Shown here piece after piece: positions 18,611 to 27,861 of a DNA stretch of 64,000 nt. Below the pieces are notes generated by a model. The model saw only the letters and a list, made by a program, of their open reading frames with translations, did no database searches and was not told where the DNA came from. Each line of letters begins with the position of its first letter. Positions within the stretch are counted from its first letter, which is position 1. A program made the position numbers and the translations under genes. The DNA comes from Candidatus Scatomorpha merdigallinarum (GTDB taxonomy: Bacteria; Bacillota; Clostridia; Oscillospirales; Oscillospiraceae): contig DVJA01000058.1 of NCBI GenBank assembly GCA_018710885.1, forward strand, positions 7,922-71,921. Direction: 5' to 3'.

Positions 18611-20833
18611 TTATTCCTCGTCGTCGTCGAAACCAAAGTCGGGAATGTTGCCCTTGGCTTCACCGGTCTCGGACACTTCGTAAACGAGGGCGTCCTCCTC
18701 GGGGACTATCGGACGGCGCTCACGCGGCTCACGGGGCTCACGCTCGCTACGCTCACGGCGCTCACGGCGCGGAGCCGGTTCGGGCTCGCTCAGAGCGCGG
18801 ATGGAAAGGCTGATCTTCTGCTTGTCTGTATCAATGGCAGTGATCTTCGCATCAACAACATCGCCCACGCTCAGAACCTCATCGGGCTTGCCGATGCGGC
18901 GGTTGGCAATCTGGCTGATGTGGATAAGGCCGTCAACGCCTTCCATGACCTCGGCGAAAGCGCCGAAGGGCATCAGCTTGACTATCTTAACCTTGACAAC
19001 GTCGCCCACGGAGCAAGTGTTGATGAACTTAGTCCAGGGGTTGTCCTCAGCCCTCTTGTAGCCGAGGGAGATACGGCGCGCCTCGCGGTCGAAGCTGATA
19101 ACGTAGACATCAATCTCCTGGCCGACGGAAACGACCTCGGCGGGGTTCTTGATGCGGTTCCAGCTCAGTTCGCTGACGTGAACCATACCGTCGATGCCGC
19201 CGATGTCAACAAAGGCGCCATAGCTGGTGAGGCTCTTGACGACGCCGTGGTAAACCTTGCCGTCCTCGATCTCGTTCCAGACGGCCTCGGCCTTCTCGCG
19301 GCGCTCCTTCTGCAGCACCGCACGGATGGAGCCGACCACACGGCGGCGGCTGCGGTTGACCTCGGTGATCTTCAGACGCACGGTGGTCTTGACGAGCTGA
19401 GTCATCGGGGCGTCCTTGGGCAGGCCACTCTGGCTGGCAGGCACGAACACGCGCACGCCGCCCACGGAGACGACAACGCCGCCCTTGTTCTCTTCGGTGA
19501 CAACGCCTTCAACGATCTCACCGTCGGCCTGAGCCTGCTCAATGGTCTGCCAGCTCTTGGCGGCGTCCAGACGCCTCTTGCTGAGCTGAGCGGTGCCTTC
19601 AATGTCGTTAACACGAACAACAATGGCCTCGACAGTGTCGCCAATCTTGACAGCGTCCTCTACGTTGACGGTGCCGTCGTTGGTGAACTCAGCAGTCGGG
19701 ATGAAAGCAGAATACTTGGTGCCGAGGTCCACGCTGACCTCGGTGGGCGTGATAGCCACAACTGTGCCGGATACCCTGTCGCCATTATATATAGTTTTAA
19801 GAGAATCCTCCAGCAGTTCATCGAAGCTCTTTTCAGCCGCAGGCTTCTCGGCGGCTTCCGCTTCTGCAGCGGTGGGCACGGCTTCCTCCGCGGGCGCGGT
19901 CTCAACCGCCGCCTCGGTCACGGGCTCGGCCGCTTCAACAGCGGACTCGGCCGCAGTCTCTTCTGCCGGGTTCTCTTGAATCAGGATCTCGTCGCTCATC
20001 TTATCCAGTACCTCCTTGATTATCCACTCGGGCGCAGACGCCCCAGCGGTCACCCCAATTCTCTCGGCCGGCTTAAGTGAGCTCAAATCAAGCGCAGCAG
20101 CAGACTCAACAAATTGGGTATTGGGACAATATCGCTCGCACAGCTCCGCCAGGTGCAGGCTGTTTGCGCTGTTCTTGCCTCCGATGACCACCATTGCGTC
20201 GCACTCGGAAGCAAGCTTTATTGCCTCCGTTTGCCTGGTGGACGTAGCAGAACATATTGTATCAAAGATTTCCGGATTTGTACACCATTTTTTTATTAAA
20301 ATTTCACACTCTTTAAGATTTTCTTCGGTTTGAGTGGTCTGTACGACAACTGTAACAGATTTTGTGTGCATTTCCGGGCTATCAGACAGCAGTTTTTCCA
20401 GTTCTTGTGCATTTGCAACTACCTTTGCACCTTCGCACCGTCCACATATGGCTCTAACCTCGGGGTGTTCAGCCGCTCCTATTACCAGGACCTGTCTCCC
20501 GGCAGCTGACGCAGCGGCCACAAGCCTGTGTATTCTCGAGACATTAGGGCAGGTAGCGTCGGTTATCTGTGCGCCTCTTGCCTGAAGCGCCTCCTCTTCG
20601 GCCAGGGACACACCGTGCGAGCGTATCAGGACGCGATCTCCGGGGTTGACTTCTTCGGCGCTGTTGATAACCTTGAGGCCACGCCCGGCCAGGCTGTTCA
20701 CAACGTCTGCATTGTGTATAAGCGGCCCGTAACTGAGGCAGGGACCGCTCTCCAGCATCTGCTCTGCCATTTTTACCGAGCGGGAAACGCCGAAACAGAA
20801 GCCGGCGCTCCTGGCAACAAGTACTTCCTTCAT
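18611..20833 (-). CDS. ispH: bifunctional 4-hydroxy-3-methylbut-2-enyl diphosphate reductase (IspH) / ribosomal protein S1 fusion
   Basis: 740 aa. N-terminal IspH (SAGFCFGV, three-Cys architecture), A/E-rich linker, then four S1 OB repeats (GTVV.., GVV.., GVVKSLTSYGAFVDI, VKIVKLMPFGAFAEV), then an R/E-rich acidic tail. Confidence 0.9.
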   Translation of the reverse strand: MKEVLVARSAGFCFGVSRSVKMAEQMLESGPCLSYGPLIHNADVVNSLAGRGLKVINSAEEVNPGDRVLIRSHGVSLAEEEALQARGAQITDATCPNVSRIHRLVAAASAAGRQVLVIGAAEHPEVRAICGRCEGAKVVANAQELEKLLSDSPEMHTKSVTVVVQTTQTEENLKECEILIKKWCTNPEIFDTICSATSTRQTEAIKLASECDAMVVIGGKNSANSLHLAELCERYCPNTQFVESAAALDLSSLKPAERIGVTAGASAPEWIIKEVLDKMSDEILIQENPAEETAAESAVEAAEPVTEAAVETAPAEEAVPTAAEAEAAEKPAAEKSFDELLEDSLKTIYNGDRVSGTVVAITPTEVSVDLGTKYSAFIPTAEFTNDGTVNVEDAVKIGDTVEAIVVRVNDIEGTAQLSKRRLDAAKSWQTIEQAQADGEIVEGVVTEENKGGVVVSVGGVRVFVPASQSGLPKDAPMTQLVKTTVRLKITEVNRSRRRVVGSIRAVLQKERREKAEAVWNEIEDGKVYHGVVKSLTSYGAFVDIGGIDGMVHVSELSWNRIKNPAEVVSVGQEIDVYVISFDREARRISLGYKRAEDNPWTKFINTCSVGDVVKVKIVKLMPFGAFAEVMEGVDGLIHISQIANRRIGKPDEVLSVGDVVDAKITAIDTDKQKISLSIRALSEPEPAPRRERRERSEREPREPRERRPIVPEEDALVYEVSETGEAKGNIPDFGFDDDEE
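18711..18775 (-). repeat. in-frame degenerate 9-nt repeats encoding the R/E-rich tail of IspH-S1
   Basis: The gctcacg unit is reiterated about 5 times. Peptide RRERRERSEREPREPRERR. Confidence 0.6.
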
Positions 20834-21465
20834 GCGCTCTCACCATCCCTGAGCTCATATATGCGCTCCATTATGTCATCGGCCAACTGCTCGTACTCGT
20901 TGTGATTGTGTCCCTCCACGTAATATGGCTCGCCGATTATCAGGTGCACACGCGAAAATAGCTTCTTGCGGCGCGGTATATAGACAGGAACTATGGGGAC
21001 TCTCAGCTTGGAAGCCAGGCGCACGGCCCCTGTTTTGGCATCGACCATATTATCTTCTCCGACTCGTGTGCCCTCCGGAAAGATGAAAATTTTGTCACCG
21101 CGCTTGAGGAATTTCATCATACTGCGCATTGCGCCTATGTCGCTCTGTCCTCTGTTTACAAAGCATACTCCAGCTTTTGCAAGCGCCCAGCCAACCACGG
21201 GAACGCCGCTCAGCTCTTGCTTGGCAATGAAGTGCATAAAGGTCTTCTTTCCAAAAGATGCGGCCACCAGTATTGGGTCAACAAGGTTTGAATGATTGCC
21301 ACATACTACGGCTGGACCGTCCGGTATGTTTTCCCGGCCCTTGAAGCTCAAGGGGTACAGCAGACGCACTATTGGAACCACAATGGCATAAATCAGGTTG
21401 TACCATCGTTTCTCATCGGAGGGTGAGCCTGTGCGCTTGTCCTGATTTGTGTTTGTCTCGGTCAC
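20830..21465 (-). CDS. plsC: 1-acyl-sn-glycerol-3-phosphate acyltransferase
   Basis: HxxxxD motif NHSNLVDP and FPEGTR. Start refined to GTG 21465, overlapping the cmk stop (GTGA), with a G-rich RBS upstream. Confidence 0.8.
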   Translation of the reverse strand: MTETNTNQDKRTGSPSDEKRWYNLIYAIVVPIVRLLYPLSFKGRENIPDGPAVVCGNHSNLVDPILVAASFGKKTFMHFIAKQELSGVPVVGWALAKAGVCFVNRGQSDIGAMRSMMKFLKRGDKIFIFPEGTRVGEDNMVDAKTGAVRLASKLRVPIVPVYIPRRKKLFSRVHLIIGEPYYVEGHNHNEYEQLADDIMERIYELRDGESA

Positions 21466-22151
21466 CTGCTCACCACCCCCAGTTTGTCCGCAATAAGCAC
21501 ACATACTGCATCTATGCTCTCTTCGAGCGTCAGCACGCTCGTGTCGAGTTTTACGGCGTCGCGGGCACATTTGAGGGGAGCCGCAGCACGGCTCATGTCG
21601 TGCTCATCACGCTCTTCGATCTCGCGCAGTACCTTTTCCAAGCTCACTTGCAGCCCCGACTCACGCAGCTCCTTGCAGCGGCGCATGGCGCGTGCCTCTG
21701 CGCTCGCAGTCAGGAAAATTTTCAAGTCTGCGCCCGGCAGCACAACGGTGCCTATGTCTCTCCCGTCCATGATGACGTTGTTGCTGGCAGCCATGGAGCG
21801 CTGCATATCCAGGAGATAGGCACGCACACACGGCATGGCCGAGACGTCGGAGGCGCGGTTTGAAATTTCGGGCGTGCGTATAAACCCGCTCACGTCCTCA
21901 CCGTTCAAGTATGAGCGCTGCTCGCCATTCTCGCCATAGCCGAGCCCGACGGTTATTTCCGGCAATAGCGCCTCAACGGTCTGCTCGTCGCCGAAGCTCA
22001 CACCATGTCTCTCCGCGGCCAGGCCAACAGTCCGGTAAATAGCCCCCGTATCTACATACAGGAACCCAAAACGTTTGGCTGCCGCGCGGGCAATGGTGCT
22101 CTTACCGGCCCCCGAAGGCCCGTCTATTGCAACTGAGAAGTGATCTTCCAT
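21462..22151 (-). CDS. cmk: cytidylate kinase
   Basis: 229 aa. P-loop [11 protein letters not shown] and DTGAIYR. Confidence 0.9.
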   Translation of the reverse strand: MEDHFSVAIDGPSGAGKSTIARAAAKRFGFLYVDTGAIYRTVGLAAERHGVSFGDEQTVEALLPEITVGLGYGENGEQRSYLNGEDVSGFIRTPEISNRASDVSAMPCVRAYLLDMQRSMAASNNVIMDGRDIGTVVLPGADLKIFLTASAEARAMRRCKELRESGLQVSLEKVLREIEERDEHDMSRAAAPLKCARDAVKLDTSVLTLEESIDAVCVLIADKLGVVSR

Positions 22152-23383
22152 TATTTATCCTCCGTCCTGAGGGAGTTTGCGGCCACAAAGGCCGTAGACC
22201 ACGCTATTTGAAGGTTGTAGCCGCCAGTATACGCATCCAGATCCATGACTTCGCCTGCAAAATAGAGTCCCGGCACCAGCTTTGACATCATGCTGCGCGG
22301 GTCTATTTCCCGCGTGCTTACGCCTCCGGAAGTCACTATGGCCTCCGCAACGGGGCGTGGGCGTGAGATCTCAACCGGAAAAGCCTTGAAGAGCCGCACC
22401 AGGTTCTGGCGCTGTTCCCGTGTAACAGAGTTTGCCCTTAGCGTCTCCGGTATACCGCTCAGACGCACAAGTACCGGTATCATGGCCTTGCCCGCCAAGT
22501 CATTGAGGCAGTTTGCGAACTCGCGGTTGTGGTATTTTTCCAAGTCGCGCAAGATGCGTGCGTCGAGCTTTTTCTCGTCGAGTCCCGGCTTCAAGTCGAT
22601 GTTGAGCCGGTATTTGGCCTCACCGAAATGGCGCATGTGCGCCGAGGCTGAAAGCACCAGCGGGCCCGAAACCCCGAAGTGCGTAAAGAGCATCTCGCCC
22701 AGTTCTTTATATATGAGTTTGTCGTTCTCATACGCCGAAAGCGTCACGTTTCGCAGCGAAAAGCCCTGCATCTCGCGGCAGTAGGCGTCCGGCGACTCCA
22801 GAGGCACCAGGCTCGGGCGGCACTCGCTCACGCTGTGTCCAAGCGTCTTGGCCAATCCGTACCCGTCACCTGTTGAGCCGGTGCCGGGATAGCTCAGGCC
22901 TCCGGTGCATATGACCGCATTGCGGCAGGCTATCTCGCCGCGCTCGGTTTTGACCGCGCGCACACCGTCTGCTCCGAGCAGTATCTCATTCGCCTTTTCC
23001 CGCAGGATTTCGACGCCGTTTTTGTGGCACAATCTGGTCAGCGCCCCGGCTATGTCTCCCGCCTTGTCGGAAACCGGGAATACTCTCCTGCCCCGCTCTG
23101 TCTTGAGCGGCACGCCGAGCCCCTCGAAGAAGGCCATCGTATCCTGCGGTGAAAACTTGTGTATAGCACTCTGCAAAAAGCGTCCGTCGCCGGGTATGGC
23201 CTCTATGAACTCCCTTGGAGTACAATCGTTCGTGACGTTGCAGCGGCCTTTGCCAGTTATACGCAGCTTGCGGCCCAGCTCGCGGTTGGGCTCAAGCAGC
23301 ACTACTTTCAATCCTCTTCCGGCGGCCAGGGCAGCGCAGAGCGTGCCTGCCGCGCCGCCGCCAATTACTACTGCATCAACCAT
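22151..23383 (-). CDS. HI0933/BaiN-family NAD(P)/FAD-dependent flavoprotein
   Basis: Start refined to MVDAVVIGGGAAG (dinucleotide-binding fold). C-terminal GEVMDLDAYTGGYNLQ is typical of the family. Confidence 0.8.
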   Translation of the reverse strand: MVDAVVIGGGAAGTLCAALAAGRGLKVVLLEPNRELGRKLRITGKGRCNVTNDCTPREFIEAIPGDGRFLQSAIHKFSPQDTMAFFEGLGVPLKTERGRRVFPVSDKAGDIAGALTRLCHKNGVEILREKANEILLGADGVRAVKTERGEIACRNAVICTGGLSYPGTGSTGDGYGLAKTLGHSVSECRPSLVPLESPDAYCREMQGFSLRNVTLSAYENDKLIYKELGEMLFTHFGVSGPLVLSASAHMRHFGEAKYRLNIDLKPGLDEKKLDARILRDLEKYHNREFANCLNDLAGKAMIPVLVRLSGIPETLRANSVTREQRQNLVRLFKAFPVEISRPRPVAEAIVTSGGVSTREIDPRSMMSKLVPGLYFAGEVMDLDAYTGGYNLQIAWSTAFVAANSLRTEDK

Positions 23384-24239
23384 CTGCTTTTTCAAACACC
23401 TTGTAGTCGCTCCAGACCTGCTCAAGTTTATTGAAGGTCTCGCTTATGGCGTCGCGGCTGCGGGCGCCGACCGCTATAACTATAGCGTTTACGAGGCTCA
23501 TGGGCGCAACCAGGGAGTCTACGAACGAAACCATCTCGCTTTTGGCAAAGAGGCATATGTCGGCCATGCCATAAAAAGGCGAGTTCTCACTGTCTGTCAG
23601 GCCTATAGTCGAAGCCCCACGGTCCTTGGCAAAGCCCATGACCTTGGCCGAGCGCGCAGAGTATCGCGGGAAGGTGAAGCCTATAAATAGATCGCCCTCG
23701 CCTATACGCAAAAGCTGCTCGTATGCCTCGGCAGCGCTGTTGTCATCAACCAGATGAACCCCCGAACGGATGAGGCCCAGGTAGTAGGCCAGGAAATCCG
23801 CAAGGCAGCGCGAAGTACGGGAGGCAAAAATATATATGTCTCCCGCGTTTATTATGCTGTCAATCACCCGGTTAAAGCTGTCCTGGTCTATCTCCTCAAG
23901 CGTCGTTTGCAGCTTGTCTATGTCGTCGCTGAGGACGGCCTTGAGTATGTTCTTGTCATCGAGCATATCGCGGCTGGCCTCTATGCGCTGCACGCTCGTC
24001 AGGCGCGAGCGTATCATCTCCTGCAGTGCCTTGCGCATGCCCGGATAACCGTCGAACCCCAGCTCTGCGGCAAAACGTACGACCGTGGACTCGCTCACGC
24101 CCACGGCCTTGCCGAGCTTCCCGGCCGTCATGAATGCGGCCTTGTCGTAATTATCCAGTATGTACTTTGCGATTAGCCGTTGTCCTTTTGAAAACCCGGA
24201 ATTTTCCCGGGAAATGATTGTCAAAATATCCTTGTCCAT
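23376..24239 (-). CDS. MurR/RpiR-family transcriptional regulator
   Basis: 287 aa. N-terminal HTH (AGKLGKAVGVSESTVVRFA) plus C-terminal SIS domain. Confidence 0.85.
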   Translation of the reverse strand: MDKDILTIISRENSGFSKGQRLIAKYILDNYDKAAFMTAGKLGKAVGVSESTVVRFAAELGFDGYPGMRKALQEMIRSRLTSVQRIEASRDMLDDKNILKAVLSDDIDKLQTTLEEIDQDSFNRVIDSIINAGDIYIFASRTSRCLADFLAYYLGLIRSGVHLVDDNSAAEAYEQLLRIGEGDLFIGFTFPRYSARSAKVMGFAKDRGASTIGLTDSENSPFYGMADICLFAKSEMVSFVDSLVAPMSLVNAIVIAVGARSRDAISETFNKLEQVWSDYKVFEKADG

Positions 24240-24310
24240 GTGCTGTCCAATCCCCCATGCCTGCTATATGAGCGCGGCCGGCTTGCGGCCGACGAGTAAA
24301 CACTTTTTTC

Positions 24311-24339
24311 ATTTTACACAGTTTGCGCAGATATTACAA
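24311..24339 (-). promoter_or_regulatory. sigma-A promoter of the RpiR-family gene (extended -10)
   Basis: Minus strand TTGTAA, 17 nt, TGtGTAAAAT. Confidence 0.5.
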
Positions 24340-24360
24340 GGGGGATTACGTAAACAAACT

Positions 24361-25086
24361 TTAACGTTTTTCGGCTATGAGACCTTTCACGTAAGCGAGT
24401 TCCTCTCTATCCAGCTCTCGCCACTTACCGGCCGGCAGCTCGCCGAGCTTCAGCTCACCCTCAGCTACGCGCACAAGGCGTCTGACGTTAAGGCCCACAC
24501 TTTCGCACATGCGCCGTACCTGGCGGTTCCGGCCCTCGTGTATGGTGAAGCGCAGCCTGCTGTTCTCTCCGTCAGGGCGCAGCGGCTTAATATCTGCCGG
24601 ACTTATGGGTTTGCCGCCCACCGCTCTCAGCGCTTCCATCGCGGCTATCTGCTTGGACGTTATTCGCCCCTGGACGGTTACAACATACACCTTCTCCACT
24701 TCGTGCGCCGGGTGCATGAGCGCGTTGGCCGCCTCGCCGTCGTCGGTCATTATCAGCAGTCCCTCGCTGTTGAGGTCAAGCCTGCCCACGGGATACAGCC
24801 TGCGCCCCGCGCCTTGCACGAGCCCGGCTACGGTTTTTCTGCCCTTCTCGTCGGAGAGAGTCGTGACATAGCCGCGCGGTTTGTTGAGCATTATGTACAT
24901 GCGCTCCTCAGGCGCTCTGAGCAGCACCCCGTCTACCAAAACTGTGTCGGTCTCCAGGTCAGCACTCATGCCTAGAGCGGCGGTTTCTCCATTCACTCTC
25001 ACCCGTCCGGCAAGTATGAGCTCCTCGGCCGCGCGGCGCGAGGCTATCCCCGCGCCGGATATGAGCTTTTGCAATCTTTCCTTCAT
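24361..25086 (-). CDS. rluB: pseudouridine synthase (RluB/RsuA family)
   Basis: Start refined to MKERLQKLISGAGIASRR (S4 domain). Catalytic motif GRLDLNSEGL. ATGA overlap with the upstream dacB stop. Confidence 0.85.
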   Translation of the reverse strand: MKERLQKLISGAGIASRRAAEELILAGRVRVNGETAALGMSADLETDTVLVDGVLLRAPEERMYIMLNKPRGYVTTLSDEKGRKTVAGLVQGAGRRLYPVGRLDLNSEGLLIMTDDGEAANALMHPAHEVEKVYVVTVQGRITSKQIAAMEALRAVGGKPISPADIKPLRPDGENSRLRFTIHEGRNRQVRRMCESVGLNVRRLVRVAEGELKLGELPAGKWRELDREELAYVKGLIAEKR

Positions 25087-26222
25087 GTGTTGTCTCCAGT
25101 CAGATATATAGGCCTTGCAAGATTTCTGATAAAACGCTCTATGCTGCCGAGAAAGCCTCCACTCTCTCGGGCGGGCAGATCCTCTGCGTATACAAGCTGC
25201 TCTGAGCACACCTTTTGCCCATTTGAGCTCACAACTACCTGCCCGGCCGTCTCACCGGCCTGCACCGGGCAAATCACAAACGGCGGCAGCTCAACCCTTG
25301 TGTCGTATTCAGCCCCCACTGGCAGCAGGGCCCAGCCGTCTCTTTGAGCTGAAGCCGAGGCATAGAGCGTATCTTCGGCGTTCACGGCGTTTACTCTATA
25401 TGTCACGGAGCTGTCTATAACCCTGACATACTCATAGTTTTCAAAGGCCCAGTCGTAAAGCGAGGCGTGGTCATCCCAGTCGTCCCTGTCGCAGAGCGTC
25501 ACGCAGATAAACCTGGTGTTACCGCGCTCGGCGCAGCTCACCAGCGTGCGCCCGGCGGCCATAGTGTAGCCGGTTTTGACGCCGATGCAGCCGTCGTACA
25601 GGCTCAAGAGCCTGTTATGGTTCGTGAGCGTCTGCCCGGCCACATTCGCGCTGCGCGTAGCGACAATGCGCGCAAAGTCGTCGTTCTCCATGCAGTACGC
25701 CGCGAGCACCGCCATGTCGCGCGCAGTGGAATAGTGGTCCTCCGCGTCCAGGCCGTGCGGATTTGAGAAGTGTGTGCCGGTCATGCCAAGTGCGGCGGCC
25801 TTCTCGTTCATCATATCCGCGAAGTCCTCAACCGAGCCCGCGGTGTTTATTGCCAGCGCCAGCGCCGCGTCGTTGCCGGAAACGAGCATTAGCCCCAAGA
25901 GCAGGTCCTCCACCGTATAGCGCTCTCCCGCGCGCAGATACATGGACGAGCCCTCGGCCCCGGCGCTGCGCTCGTCTATGGTCACTATATCGTCCAGGGC
26001 GCAGTTTTCCAGCACGACGATGGCTGTCATTATCTTTGTCGTGCTGGCAATCAGCATCCGGTCATCGGCATTGTGCTCGTACAGCACCGTGCCCGTGTCC
26101 GCGTGCATGAGCACCGCCGAATGCGCGCTGGTGCCGGGTGGAGCAGACCCGGCGCCCGCGGGCACGGCAGGCAGCATGGTAAAAGCAAATAATATCAGCA
26201 GAGCCAGAGCGGCCTTCTTCAA
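25083..26222 (-). CDS. dacB: D-alanyl-D-alanine carboxypeptidase (S11, DacB-like)
   Basis: Signal peptide plus SxxK (ASTTK), SGN (VSGND) and KTG (KTGYT) motifs. Start refined to TTG 26222 with GGAGG 8 nt upstream. Confidence 0.8.
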   Translation of the reverse strand: MKKAALALLILFAFTMLPAVPAGAGSAPPGTSAHSAVLMHADTGTVLYEHNADDRMLIASTTKIMTAIVVLENCALDDIVTIDERSAGAEGSSMYLRAGERYTVEDLLLGLMLVSGNDAALALAINTAGSVEDFADMMNEKAAALGMTGTHFSNPHGLDAEDHYSTARDMAVLAAYCMENDDFARIVATRSANVAGQTLTNHNRLLSLYDGCIGVKTGYTMAAGRTLVSCAERGNTRFICVTLCDRDDWDDHASLYDWAFENYEYVRVIDSSVTYRVNAVNAEDTLYASASAQRDGWALLPVGAEYDTRVELPPFVICPVQAGETAGQVVVSSNGQKVCSEQLVYAEDLPARESGGFLGSIERFIRNLARPIYLTGDNT

Positions 26223-26259
26223 AATAGCACCACCCTCCAAATTTCAGGGTGGTGCTATT
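26223..26259 (-). terminator. 14-bp perfect hairpin between the DUF296 gene and dacB, overlapping the dacB SD
   Basis: aatagcaccaccct (26223-26236) and agggtggtgctatt (26246-26259), 9-nt loop. On the mRNA the 3' arm abuts start codon TTG 26222 and is followed by UUUUG. Confidence 0.5.
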
Positions 26260-26289
26260 ATTTGCATCTTACAGCAGCACTATTCGAGC

Positions 26290-26757
26290 TCACTCTTCGC
26301 CGAACACGAGCTTGTCCACTCCAGGAAACTCCGACTCCGCGAGCGAGGCGTCAATGTCCACTACGTCGAGCCTGAGTACGCAGTGCGTGCTTATAACGGC
26401 AGAGTGAATCTTGCCCCCGACGGCGAAACCATTTATGCTGACGAAGGCCACCATTTCTCTGCCGTAGGACGGATTTGCTATCGTCGCATACAAATCTGCG
26501 GCGGGGTTGTCGCCTTTGCGGGCCAGCATGCCCTTGATTGACGTCAGCACAAAATCTATGTCCGTATAATCGCTGCCGTAATAGGTTTTATCCCTCGTGT
26601 CAGAATAGCACAGGCACAGGTTTCTGCTCGCACCGTAGCCGTCAACAAAGGCAAAACCGATGTTCTCAGCCTCAGCGAGCTCGTACAGCTTGGCCAAAAG
26701 CTCTTCGCCTTTGTCCAGGCGCGCGACTATCGTATTCCCCGTTCTGCGGTAGTCCAT
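26290..26757 (-). CDS. PPC-domain (DUF296) protein
   Basis: 155 aa. Overall pattern resembles PPC/DUF296 proteins (IVARLDKGEELL..L.ELAE...I..A.V.G.GA). Weak by-eye call. Confidence 0.5.
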   Translation of the reverse strand: MDYRRTGNTIVARLDKGEELLAKLYELAEAENIGFAFVDGYGASRNLCLCYSDTRDKTYYGSDYTDIDFVLTSIKGMLARKGDNPAADLYATIANPSYGREMVAFVSINGFAVGGKIHSAVISTHCVLRLDVVDIDASLAESEFPGVDKLVFGEE

Positions 26758-26777
26758 TTAATTGCGCTGCGGGCTTA

Positions 26778-27191
26778 TCAGGCCTCGGGAGCGGTTTCGG
26801 CGCTCTCGGCAGCCGCGGGCACGCTTTTCTTGTCCATGAAGGCCTCGGCACGGTCCAGGAGCTGCGGCACGAGATCAATGACGCGGTCAAGCGTTGTCAC
26901 CGCGGGTGGCTGTATGTTCAGCATGCGCACCACGCCGTCCTTGACCACAAGGAAGCCAATGGGCTCGATGCGGATACCGGCACCGCTGCCCCCGACGCAG
27001 CCGTCGCGCTGCTTGACGAGGTCGCCGCCACCGCCGGCAAAGCCCACGCTCACGCGCGAGACCGGAACCAGCGTGACTCCGTCCGGCGTTGTAACAGGGT
27101 CGCCCACAACGGTGTTGGCATCGACCATTTCCTTGATCTTAGCTATGCTCTCCTTGAGGAAATCAGCCATTGGTGTCTGCATCTTGTCCAT
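26778..27191 (-). CDS. ytfJ: sporulation protein YtfJ (GerW family)
   Basis: 137 aa. VVGDPVTTPDGVTLVPVSRVSVGFAGGGGD is characteristic of YtfJ/GerW. Confidence 0.75.
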   Translation of the reverse strand: MDKMQTPMADFLKESIAKIKEMVDANTVVGDPVTTPDGVTLVPVSRVSVGFAGGGGDLVKQRDGCVGGSGAGIRIEPIGFLVVKDGVVRMLNIQPPAVTTLDRVIDLVPQLLDRAEAFMDKKSVPAAAESAETAPEA

Positions 27192-27849
27192 CTTTTTCCT
27201 TCCTTTCCTGAGACGCTGCCTTTGCGGCCTTATCTGAGCGCCGTTTAATCTTTAAAAATCCAATACCGGCCACTGCAACCACAGCTAGGATACGCGCCAA
27301 ATTGATGGTTACAGTCATCCCGGCCTCTACTGTATAGTGCGGGTTAGAAAAGTCTAGCCCGGTCTGGACATCGCTCTTCTTGACGTTGAAGGCCCTCCCT
27401 GCGGCAGAACCCACTGTGGCCACGGCGTAGTTTATCATGCCGTAGCTCATAACAGCGTCATACGGGTCGTCACCGCCCACAATTATGTGCAGCACAAACC
27501 GGTTGACGGTTATTTTGCGGCGAAAGCGGGAAAGGGTATCCAGCGCGAGCTTGATCAGGTCAGGAATCATATCCCGGTTGAGCTCAAACTTCTTCTTTCC
27601 CTCTTTCTCGGGCTTGGCCTCTTTGGTTTTTTTGGCCTTTGCGGGCTTTTTCTTTTTCTTGGGCTTCTCTGTCTTTTCTGGTCTTGGAAACACGGTCACA
27701 TCGAAGCACATGACTCTCACGGCCGCTTTGAGCCCACCGGCGGCGTAGTCCACCGAAACCCCAAGCGGCGTGAAGAGCAGTAAGAGCAGTATTGCCGCAA
27801 TCACTGCCAAGATTATCAACCAGAACAGGCACATCACCCCCAGCGGCAT
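27163..27849 (-). CDS. DUF2953 (YtfI-like) sporulation membrane protein
   Basis: N-terminal TM, Lys-rich stretch PEKTEKPKKKKKPAKAKKTKEAK, located directly upstream of ytfJ. Confidence 0.65.
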   Translation of the reverse strand: MPLGVMCLFWLIILAVIAAILLLLLFTPLGVSVDYAAGGLKAAVRVMCFDVTVFPRPEKTEKPKKKKKPAKAKKTKEAKPEKEGKKKFELNRDMIPDLIKLALDTLSRFRRKITVNRFVLHIIVGGDDPYDAVMSYGMINYAVATVGSAAGRAFNVKKSDVQTGLDFSNPHYTVEAGMTVTINLARILAVVAVAGIGFLKIKRRSDKAAKAASQERKEKDGQDADTNG

Positions 27850-27861
27850 TCTGCCGCAGAA

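Noticed and set aside
18711-18775. Short tandem gctcacg repeats as a possible CRISPR or VNTR
   Set aside because: The units are 7-9 nt, in frame inside ispH/S1, encode an R/E repeat and have no spacers. This is not a CRISPR array.
18920-20080. 386-aa plus-strand ORF
   Set aside because: Antisense to the S1 repeats of ispH/S1. Repetitive D/L/G/A/V composition, no recognisable domain and no RBS.
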